Origin: Macrostomum lignano
Taxonomy: Eukaryota
Assembly: GCA_002269645.1 (NCBI GenBank)
Contig: NIVC01001722.1
Location: forward strand, 160,072-224,071
Reading direction: 5' to 3'
DNA: 64,000 nucleotides
Made by a program: the position numbers and the translations under genes. Positions 1 through 12,000 of the stretch are shown in pieces (the stretch's first letter is position 1; each line of letters begins with the position of its first letter). The notes under the pieces are model-generated. The model was not told where the DNA came from. It ran no database searches and saw only the letters and a list, made by a program, of their open reading frames with translations.

Positions 1-3000
1 GAAGAAGCACATTCGTAAAGACTATGTAGAATCCCAATAGGACTGGCGCGATGTAGCGGCCCCAGGAGTCTGGACAGCCGGTCATGTTTAGCCTGCAGGC
101 GTCCGCTGAAAATATGATATAATTTCTATGGCTTATGAAAAGTTTAGCAACGATACGAAAACATCGGGGTCAGGCTGGTACAACGGGGTCAGATGAGACC
201 ATACTGTCAGGGCATGAAACCATACTGTCAGAGCATGAGACCATACTGTCAGGGCATGAGACCATACTGTCAGGGCATGAAACCATACTGTCAGGGCATG
301 AGACCATACTGTCAGGGCATGAAACCATACTGTCAGGGCATGAGACCATACTGTCAGGGCATGAGACCATACTGTCAGGGCATGAGACCATACTGTCAGG
401 GCATGAAACCATACTGTCAGGGCATGAGACCATACTGTCAGGGCATGAGACCATACTGTCAGTACATGAGACCATACTGTCAGTACATGAGACCATCGGG
501 TCAGGACATGTACTGTCAGGAGATGACGAATCAGTGAGTCAGTTGTCGCCAGCAGCTGAGGTCCAGATTCGAACTTACACAGCGTGGAAACTGAAAACGA
601 GTCAAATCGAAGTGATTGAGTTTATTTTTACGGTGCCACAGAAGCCGAGTTATTTAATTTGCGGAAAATCTGCTCTCAAGCTCTCACCTTCGCCGCTGAT
701 GTAGCCAACTTGTAGTTCGCCAAATGACTCAAAGTAAGCCAGCTTGAGCAGGCTCATCACAGCGTCCATCGCTCCGCCCATGTCCGGCGTGGACATTGGG
801 AAGATTGTGCTCCACACAAACACTCCGTAGCCAACAACAAAGACCATGAATATGACCATGAACGGGATGAGGTCCTCAATGATCTGGTTGGAGATGTGCG
901 GGATTTGAGGCGATCAGTTTGAGTCATAGGCCTTCCCTTGTCGTGTGATCTAATAGTCTAATCTGGATGATGAGTCACTAATGATCTGGATGATGACTCA
1001 CTAATGATCTGGATGATGACTCACTAATGATCAGGATGATGACTCACTAATGATCTGGATGATGACTCACTAATGATCTGGATTATGACTCACTAATGAT
1101 CTGGATGATGACTCACTAATGATCTGAATGATGACTTACTAATGATCTGGATGATGACTCACTAATGATCTGGATGATGACTCACTAATGATCTGGATGA
1201 TGACTCACTAACGATCTGAATGATGACTCACTAACGATCTGAATGATGACTCACTAATGATCTAGATTATGACTCACTAATGATCTGGATGATGACTCAC
1301 TAATGATCTGGATAATGACTCACTAATGATCTGGATGATGACTCACTAATGATCTGGATAATGACTCACTAATGATCTGGATGATGACTCACTAATGATC
1401 TGGATGATGACTCACTAATGATCTGGATGATGACTCACTAATGATCTGGATGATGACTCACTAATGATCTAGATTATGACTCACTAATGAACTAGATTAT
1501 GACTCACTAATGATCTAGATTTTTTTATTAGAGGCAGGGGGGTTGTGTGCACCCTGGCGCACTTTAAGCGACATATGGACACAACCGGCGAGAGGCATTA
1601 CTGCCCATTCCGCCGACTCCCCTGAGCAGGCATACAAGCGCGCGGATACGTACGCAGGCACACACTCACACAGGAATGTACAGCGGCCCTAACTTTATAT
1701 TATCGTTAGGCATGTACACTTCACTGCGCCTTGGGGGGTTGGCTCTCAAGGCCGTTAATTGCACGAGCAGAGCCAAGTCGAGATTCCAATTCAGCCCCAA
1801 ATTAATGTGACTGCACTTGGAATCGAGCCTGGGTCGCTGGCACACCAGAGCAGCTGCGCTACCGCTGGGCTACGGCCCCCCTTAATGATCTAGATTGTGA
1901 CTCACTAATGATCTGAATGATGACTCACTAATGATCTAGATTATGACTCTCTAATGATCTGGATGATGACTCACTAATGATCTAGATTATGACTCACTAA
2001 TGATCTGAATGATGACTTACTAATGATTTGGATGATGACTCAATAATTATCTGGATTATGACTCACTAATGACTCACCACAGTCTAACTAATGACTCACC
2101 GCAGTCTAACCAATGACTCACCATGGTCTGAATCATGACCACCTTTGGTCCCAGGTTGACATGCACGGAGAAATTCTGCAGCAGTCGGCAGAAATAGAAG
2201 AACAGCGCCAGGCCGAGCAGGATCCGGCAGATTCGCATCATCTTCACGGAGCCGGTGTCCAGTGCGCTGCCCGAGGTGTCCACGCCGAAGATGGAGTCAG
2301 GCAGGCCGGGCACGAACCGCAGACCAAACACGATGGCAGCAAGAGTGAAAATCGCCATTGAGGCAAAGTCCATCAGGTTCCAGCCTTTAGCCAGGTGGTC
2401 AGCGACTGACTCGCCGCTCACCAGCAGCTGCTTCACGGCTTCAACCATGAAGGACAGCACGAAAACGGCTAGCAGCAGCTGGAGTGGGTTCCACGACTGA
2501 GTAGCGTTGCCCACCGTGAATAGAAGGACGTACGAGTACAAGCATAGGAAGCCTGCGTAAGCAACCTGCGAGTTGGGGAGCGGCGATTGGCTCTCTGCGT
2601 AGATCCAGCTGATTGGCTCTTCTCTCCCCAACTCAATGCTGATTGGCTCTTCTCTCCCCAACTCGATGCTGATTGGCTCTTCTCTCCCCAACTCGATGCT
2701 GATTGGCTCTTCTCTCCCCAACTCAATGCTGATTGGCTCTTCTCTCCCCAACTCGATGCTGATTGGCTCTTCTCTCCCCAACTCGATGCTGATTGGCTCT
2801 TCTCTCCCCAACTCGAAGCTGATTGGCTCTTCTCTCCCCAATTCAATGCTGATTGGCTCTGCTCGTCCCAACTCAATGCTGATTGGCTCTGCTCTCCCCA
2901 ACTCGATGCTGATTGGCTCTTCTCTTCCCAACTCGATCCTGATTGGCTCCGTACTTACTGTAAGTACTAAGTACAAACTCATAAATCTTTAAAAGGCCAG

Positions 3001-6000
3001 CCCAGCCGCATGCGCTCACCGAGGTGTACAGAAAGCGCACCATAGGCGTGGCGTAGAAGTCGTAGGTGTCGCAGACCATCCTGCTGCACAGGCCGTGCCG
3101 CTGCTCTGACGACTTTGGCTTTGCGGCGACGTTCGCAGCTCCGCTGCCCGGCTTTTGCACTTCCAACGGCAAGGCCGAGGATTCCTGCTGAGATTTTGCA
3201 CGCGTTGTAGTCGTACATAAACTTCCATTTCTAACAGTGTTCTCCATTTTCTTGACTTTTATCCATTTCAACCTGATTCTCCCGATGTCAACCTGATTCT
3301 CCCGATGTCTACCTGATTCTCCCGATGTCTACCTGATTCTCCCGATGTCTACCCAACTCTCCCGATGTCAACCTGATTCTCCCGATGTCTACCCGATTCT
3401 CCCGATGTCTACCTGATTCTCCCGATGTCTACCTGATTCTCCCGATGTCTACCTGATTCTCCCGATGTCTACCAGATTCTCCCGATGTCTACCTGATTCT
3501 CCCGATGTCTACCAGATTCTCCCGATGTCTACCTGATTCTCCCGATGTCTACCCGATTCTCCCGATGTCTACCTGATTCTCCCGATGTCTACCCGATTCT
3601 CCCGATGTCTACCCAACTCTCCCGATGTCAACCTGATTCTCCCGATGTCTACCCGATTCTCCCGATGTCTACCTGATTCTCCCGATGTCTACCTGATTCT
3701 CCCGATGTCTACCTGATTCTCCCGATGTCTACCAGATTCTCCCGATGTCTACCTGATTCTCCCGATGTCTACCAGATTCTCCCGATGTCTACCTGATTCT
3801 CCCGATGTCTACCCGATTCTCCCGATGTCTACCTGATTCTCCCGATGTCTACCTGATTCTCCCGATGTCTACCCGATTCTCCCGATGTCTACCTGATTCT
3901 CCCGATGTCTACCCGATTCTCCCGATGTCTACCAGATTCTCCCGATGTCTACCAGATTCTCCCGATGTCTACCTGATTCTCCCGATGTCTACCTGATCCT
4001 CCCGATGTCTACCTGATCCTCCCGATGTCTACCTGATTCTCCCGATGTCTACCCGATTCTCCCGATGTCTACCCGATTCTCCCGATGTCTACCCGATTCT
4101 CCCGATGTCTACCCGATTCTCCCGATGTCTACCTGATTCTCCCGATGTCTACCTGATTCTCCCGATGTCTACCTGATTCTCCCGATGTCTACCTGATTCT
4201 CCCGATGTCTACCTGATTCTCCCGATGTCTACCCGATTCTCCCGATGTCTACCCGATTCTCCCGATGTCTACCCGATTCTCCCGATGTCTACCCGATTCT
4301 CCCGATGTCTACCTGATTCTCCCGATGTCTACCCGATTCTCCCGATGTCTACCTGATTCTCCCGATGTCTACCCGATTCTCCCGATGTCCACCCGATTCT
4401 CCCGATGTCTACCTGATTCTCCCGATGTCTACCCAATTCCCCAACTTCTGTCGACTTTCCTCTCCACCCAATCATCCCCACCTCCCCACCAGCTCTCACC
4501 TGATGGTTCCCACCGTCTCTGCGGCCGCCCGGCCGCCGAACCAGCAGCTGCAGCAGCGGCCCCACAAACCAGGGTGCTGAGCAGCCAACAAGGCCGACCA
4601 GCAGGAACTGCAGTCCGCTCAGGTGACCGACAATCCGGCCGCGCCACATCATGTCGAGCAGATTCTGGCAGCTGGGATGCGCGATGAAGCTCAGCGAAGT
4701 GCCCTCGGCGGCCAGCTCGAAGGAGGTCGCCCCGCCGAAGGTGTGCAGCCGCCTGACAACCGTCATGCTGGCCAGGCGGGCCTCCTCAGCCCAGCAGTCA
4801 TTGAGTACTTCGACAGCGAGCTGCTCGAAGCGGGTGGCCTGCAGGTCGAGCTCCGCCCGCATCTGCACGCTGTCGCAGCAGGCCCGGGCCCGCCGGAGCA
4901 CCAGGGCGGCTAGCAGAGCGGACGGGATGATCTCGCGCTGGTGCAGGCAGAAGGCCTGGGCGAGGCCGAACCGGCCAGTCAGCAGGCACCACAGGGTGGC
5001 CCGCAGGCCGCCGGACAGGCCGGATTCGATGAGGTGGCCGGGCCGGGTCAGCAGGTGCACCGCGGCCTCGACGTCAGCCTGGTTGACCGTGTGGCTGGTG
5101 CTGGCCGAGCTGGGAGACGCTCTGGACCCGCTGCGCTTGGCCACCAGGCGCTTGAAGATGCCGCAGCTCTGGTGGGTTGGGTGGATTGTGGATTGGGTGG
5201 GTTGGGTGGATTGGGTGGGTTGTGTGGGTTGGGTGGATTGTGGCTTGGGTGGGTTGTGTGGGTTGGGTGGATTGTGGATTGGGTGGCTTGGGTGGGTTGG
5301 GTGGATTGGGTGGATTGTGGATTGGGTGGCTTAAGTGGCTTGGGTGGATTGTGGATTGGGTGGCTTGGGTGGCTTGGGTGGCTTGGGTGGATTGTGGATT
5401 GGGTGGCTTGGGTGGGTTGGGTGGATTGGGTGGATTGTGGATTGGGTGGCTTGAGTGGCTTGGGTGGATTGTGGATTGGGTGGCTTGGGTGGCTTGGGTG
5501 GGTTGGGTGGGTTGGGTGGGTTGGGTGGGTTGGGTGGGTTGGGTGGGTTGGGTGGGTTGGGTGGGTTGGGTGGGTTGGGTGGGTTGGGTGGGTTGGGTGG
5601 GTTGTGGATTGGGTGGCTTGGGTGGGTTGGGTGGGTTGGGTGGATTGTGGATTGGGTGGGTTGGGTGGGTTGGGTGGGTTGGGTGGGTTGTGGATTGGGT
5701 GGCTTGGGTGGGTTGGGTGGATTGGGTGGATTGTGGATTGGGTGGCTTGGGTGGGTTGGGTGGCTTGGGTGGGTTGTGGATTGGGTGGCTTGGGTGGGTT
5801 GGGTGGATTGGGTGGATTGTGGATTGGGTGGCTTGGGTGGGTTGGGTGGCTTGGGTGGGTTGGGTGGATTGTGGATTGGGTGGATTGTGGATTGGGTGGC
5901 TTGGGTGGGTTGGGTGGATTGTGGATTGGGTGGATTGTGGATTGGGTGGCTTGGGTGGATTGGGTGGGTTGGGTGGGTTGGGTGGATTGTGGATTGGGTG

Positions 6001-9000
6001 GCTTGGGTGGGTTGGGTGGATTGTGGATTGGGTGGCTTGGGTGGGTTGGGTGGATTGTGGATTGGGTGGATTGTGGATTGGGTGGCTTGGGTGGGTTGGG
6101 TGGATTGTGGATTGGGTGGCTTGGGTGGGTTGGGTGGATTGTGGATTGGGTGGCTTGGGTGGGTTGGGTGGGTTTTGAGGGTTAATGGGTGACTTTAGAT
6201 CAGGTCAGTAAAATCCTTACAAAGTCCTCCGCCATGGACATGCCGTACAGCTCCAGCATCAGCGAGTCCTTCACGTAGGCGTTCAAGCTGAAGCCCTGCT
6301 CCACCATCAGCTCGGCGAACTCCGTCTGGTTGTCCCGCAGAGCCTGCAGCATCAGCGGCTCCAGGTCGTTTTGCTGGAGTGGCGGCGGGTTGAAGAATGT
6401 TTGCATCCGCCCCCGATCCTAATTCTCATCCGCCCCCGATCCTAATTCTCATCCGCCCCCGATCCTAATTCTCATCCGCCCCCGATCCTAATTCTCATCC
6501 GCCCCCGATCCTAATTCTCATCCGCCCCAGATCCTAATTCCTATCCGTCCCCCGATCCTAACTCTCATCCGCCCCCGATCCTAATGCTCATCCGCCCCCG
6601 ATCCTAATTTTCATCCGCCCCCGATCCTAACTCTCATCCGCCCCCGATCCTAATGCTCATCCGCCCCCGATCCTAATGCTCATCCGCCCCCGATCCTAAT
6701 GCTCATCCGCCCCGATCCTAATTTTCATCCGCCCCCGATCCTAACTCTCATCCGCCCCCGATCCTAATGCTCATCCGCCCCCGATCCTAACTCTCATCCG
6801 CCCCCGATCCTAATTTTCATCCGCCCCCGATCCTAACTCTCATCCGCCCCCGATCCTAATGCTCATCCGCCCCCGATCCTAACTCTCATCCGTCCCCGAT
6901 CCTAACTCTCATCCGCCCCCGATCCTAACTCTCATCCGCCCCTAGTTAATGTCTTTATCTGCCCCTAGTTAGTATCCATATCCGCTCCTAGTTAGTATCT
7001 TTATCCGCCCTAGTTAGTATCTTTATCCACCCCTAGTTAGTATCTTTTTCCACCCCTAGTTAGTATCTTTATCCACCCCTAGTTAGTATCTTTATTCACC
7101 CTTAGTTAGTATCTTTATCCGCCCCTAGTTATTGTCTTTATCCGCCCTAGTTAGTATCTTTATCCACCCCTAGTTAGTATCTTTATGCACCCCTAGTTAG
7201 TATCTTTATCCACCCCTAGTTAGTATCTTTATCCACCCCTAGTTAGTATCTTTATCCACCCCTAGTTAGTATCTTTATGCACCCCTAGTTAGTATCTTTA
7301 TCCACCCCTAGTTAGTATCTTTATCCACCCCTAGTTAGTATCTTTATCCACCCCTAGTTAGTATCTTTATCCACCCCTAGTTAGTATCTTTATCCACCCC
7401 TAGTTAGTATCTTTATCCAACCCTAGTTAGTATCTTTATCCACCCCTAGTTAGTATCTTTATCCAACCCTAATGAGTATCCATATCCGCCCCTAATGAGT
7501 ATCCATATCCGCCCCTAATGAGTATCAGCTCACAGTCCATTTCTTGGCATCCGTGAGGATCTTAGTCCTAGCAATGTCGCAGCGATCGATGGACATTGCA
7601 ATGCGCAGCTGGTCCACATTCAAGACCTCCGAGTCTTCGCCCGCGGCTTTTTCGCCGTTGCCACCGGCGTCGTCTCCTGCAGACTGCGGCATTCCCAGCA
7701 GCGAGGCGAGAATCTTGGCGTCGAAGTCGGATGCCATGTCGTCCTCGACTGAGAACACCTCGATGAGGTGCTGCGCGGCGGCGATCTCCATCAGCATGGA
7801 GACCTCCGGCTTCGGGGCCTCCTGATCGCCGCAGAGCCATTTCTGCAGCGTCACGCTGGCGAGGACCTCCGGGCTGGCGGTGCGCAGAGCCGGATTGTCG
7901 ATGCGAATCTCGCCGCTCAGCAGGTCAAGCAGGTAGCAGACCGCGTCGGCCAGGCCGCCGGAGCCGCGAACCAGCACAGCGGAGCAGTGGCGGAGCACCA
8001 GGCATCTGGATGGCGACGGGCGGTAATAGACATTAGATTATTTTCGGAGATTCCAAGAGAGAACCCGAATTTTATAAATAGAAACACGGAGTTCTTTAGT
8101 CAGTATCCAGAATATCCAATCAGAGACAAGAGGAGTGCTATAAATAGAAACACGGAGTTTTCTATTCATTTTCCAGTCTATCCAATCAGATTCAAGTGGG
8201 GAGCTATAAATAGAAACAAAGAGTTATTTAGCACGTAGTCAGTATCCAGCCTATCCAATCGGAGTCAAGTGGAAAAGCTAAAAATAGAAACGCGGGAATC
8301 CCTAGCAAATTTTCGATCAGATGAAAAGTCTGCAAGTATGAAAAGGCTTGAGCATTTAATTCCAACGAATATGGAGCTCGATATGTAGCTCAACAAACCT
8401 ATGCAGGCTGACCACATCGTCCAGCGTTCCGTTGGCCAGGATGCAGCAGGCCGGCGCCTGCGGCATCGATTCGTCTAAGCGGCTGAGCAGGGTTTCAATT
8501 CGAGTTCGAACTTCAACTACCGTGTCGGTCTCGGCGTTGTCGTCGACCATCAGGAAGAAGTTGTGGTTGGGATCAAGGCCAGGCAAAGATCCTGGCACGG
8601 CTGGCGGTGGCTGGTTTGATAAGCCCTGTTTGTTTGAAGTTAAAAAATATAATTTCTTACATTTCTACTTTCAGTAGTTTAATAGGTTTTTTTCAGATTT
8701 TTAAATTAGCAATTATATAAAAGGAAAATTGTAATAAAAATTCAATGCTGACCGTGAAGTCTTTGCTGACTAGTTCGGAACGCGAAGGCACCCATTTCCA
8801 TGGCAACACTGCCAGCAGGCTGATCCTATCCTGTCCGTAGGCTTCATTGTAGTCTCTGACCGCCTTGCCAGCCAGTTTAACAATGCCTTTGCTCAGGCCA
8901 TCCGTCACCACCAGAGAGTCTAAGTAGGGAAATTGAAAGAGATATTGGGCCTGGGGAATCTGTGCAAAGGTTTCAGAGAGACTGTCCGCTTGGTCCTTCA

Positions 9001-12000
9001 ATCATGTAAGCGACAGGGAGACTGTGTCCGCTTGGTCCTTCAATCATGTAAGCTACAGGGAGACTGTGTCCGCTTGGTCCTTCAATCATGTAAGCTACAG
9101 GGAGACTGTGTCCGCTTGGTCCTTCAATCATGTAAGCTACAGGGAGACTGTGTCCGCTTGGTCCTTCAATCATGTAAGCTACAGGGAGACTGTGTCCGCT
9201 TGGTCCTTCAATCGTGTAAGCTACAGGGAGACTGTGTCCGCTTGGTCCTTCAATCATGTAAGCTACAGGGAGACTGTGTCCGCTTGGTCCTTCAATCATG
9301 TAAGCTACAGAGAGACTGTGTCCGCTTGGTCTTTTAATCATGTAAGCTACAGGGAGACTGTGTCCGCTTGGTCCTTCAATCATGTAAGCTACAGGGAGAC
9401 TGTGTCCGCTTGGTCCTTTAATCATGTAAGCTACAGGGAGACTGTGTCCGCTTGGTCCTTTAATCATGTAAGCTACAGGGAGACTGTGTCCGCTTGGTCC
9501 TTCAATCATGTAAGCTACAGGGAGACTGTGTCCGCTTGGTCCTTTAATCATGTAAGCTACAGGGAGACTGTGTCCGCTTGGTCCTTCAATCATGTAAGCT
9601 ACAGGGAGACTGTGTCTGCTTGGTCCTTCAATCATGTAAGCTACAGGGAGACTGTGTCCGCTTGGTCCTTTAATCATGTAAGCTACAGGGATTCTGTCCT
9701 TCAGGCAACTGAGTCTCACTTGAGCAGCCGGCCGCCTTCCAGAAGCCCTTCATAAAGACTTTGTTAAAGTCGGTGCGGGTTGACTGCCCGCCCAAGACCG
9801 TCACAATCATGGAGGGCTGCCGGATGCCCCAGACTTTGTGCAGCAGCCACAACAGCTGGGCGTCTTCGGTGAAGCTGGAGATGCGGACGAACTTCGCAAG
9901 GAGGAAACGGGGATTTGCGATGGTTCAATTGCAGCTGCAGGCAGAATAAACATTGAAAAGTGCACACACTGCACACTGCACACACTGCACACTGCACACA
10001 CTGCACACTGCACACACTGCACACTGCACACACTGCACACTGCACACACTGCACACTGCACACACTGCACACTGCACACACTGCACACTGCACACACTGC
10101 ACACTGCACACACTGCACACTGCACACACTGCACACTGCACACACTGCACACTGCACACACTGCACACACTGCACACTGCACACACTGCACACTGCACAC
10201 AATGCACACTGCACACTGCACACAATGCACACTGCACACTGCACACAATGCACACTGCACACTGCACACTGCACACTGAACACACTGCACACTGCACATA
10301 CTGCACACTGCACACTGCACACACTGCACACTGCACACTGCACACTACACATACTGCACACGACACACACTGCACACACTGCACACTGCACACACTGCAC
10401 ACTGCACACACTGCACACTGCACACACTGCACACTGCACACACTGCACACTGCACACACTGCACACTGCACACACTGCACACTGCACACACTGCACACTG
10501 CACACACTGCACACTGCACACAATGCACACTGCACACCGCACACAATGCACACTGCACACAATGCACACTGCACACTGCACACAATGCACACTGCACACT
10601 GCACACTGCACAATGCACACTGCACACCGCACACAATGCACACTGCACACAATGCACACTGCACACTGCACACAATGCACACTGCACACTGCACACTGCA
10701 CACTGAACACACTGCACACTGCACATACTGCACACTGCACACTGCACACACTGCACACTGCACACTGCACACTACACATACTGCACACGACACACACTGC
10801 ACACACTGCACACTGCACACTGCACACTACACACACTGCACACACTGCACACACTGTACACACTGAGCACACTGCACACACTGCACACAAGAAGTAAATC
10901 GCAGCGCACTTTGGCAGAAAAGTAGTCGGACATCTTCAAGCTGCCGAAAGCGTTGGTGACAACGGGCATCAGGTGGGTCTCGGCCGACCAGCTGCCGACT
11001 TCCAAGGAAACGAGCGAGGAGTGCTCAAAGTACAGGTGCTCGTCCTGTGGCAGTCCGCAGTGGCACAGGCCCTCGGCTCTGGGGTGACGAAGTGACAAGG
11101 AATGATCTGCCACCTGGGCTGCACTGAATGACCTGTCCACTCACTGAATGACCTGTCCAATCACTGAATGACCTGTCCAATCACTGAATGACCTGTCGAA
11201 TCACTGAATGACCTGTCCACTCACTGAATGACTTGTCCAATCACTGAATGACCTGTCCACTCACTGAATGACCTGTCCAATCACTGAATGACCTGTCCAA
11301 TCACTGAATGACCTGTCCACTCACTGAATGACCTGTCCAATCACTGAATGACCTGTCCAATCACTGAATGACCTGTCCAATCACTGAATGACCTGTCCAC
11401 TCACTGAATGACTTGTCCAATCACTGAATGACCTGTCCAATCACTGAATGACCTGTCCACTCACTGAATGACCTGTCCACTCACTGAATGACCTGTCCAA
11501 TCACTGAATGACCTGTCCAATCACTGAATGACCTGTCCACCACTGAATGACCTGTCCACTCACTGAATGACCTGTCCACTCACTGAATGACTTTATCACA
11601 CCCTGAATGACTTGCCCACTCACTGAATGACTTGCCCACTCACTGAATGACTTGCCCACTCACTGAATGACTTGCCCACTCACTGAATGACTTGCCCACT
11701 CACTGAATGACTTGCCCACTCACTGAATGACTTGCCCACTCACTGAATGACTTGCCCACTCACTGAATGACTTGCCCACTCACTGAATGACTTGCCCACT
11801 CACTGAATGACTTGTCCACTCACTGAATGACTTGCCCACTCACTGAATGACTTGTCCACTCACTGAATGACTTGCCCACTCACTGAATGACTTGCCCACT
11901 CACTGAATGACTTGCCCACTCACTGAATGACTTGTCCACTCACTGAATGACTTGCCCACTCACTGAATGAACTGTCCACTCACTGAATGACTTGCCCACT

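Noticed and set aside
958-1510. C/D-box snoRNA cluster (ATGATGA and CTGA motifs)
   Set aside because: Motifs recur every 23 bp on the antisense strand with no guide regions or terminal stems.
1810-1881. Functional tRNA gene
   Set aside because: A/B boxes are present, but the sequence continues into a 290-bp body with an A-tail and flanking duplication, which fits a SINE head; no convincing cloverleaf.
4941-10897. Long Gly/Trp, Cys/Val and His/Thr-rich ORFs and the 42-bp-repeat ORFs
   Set aside because: They are translations of intronic tandem arrays lying between phase-consistent TRPM exons.
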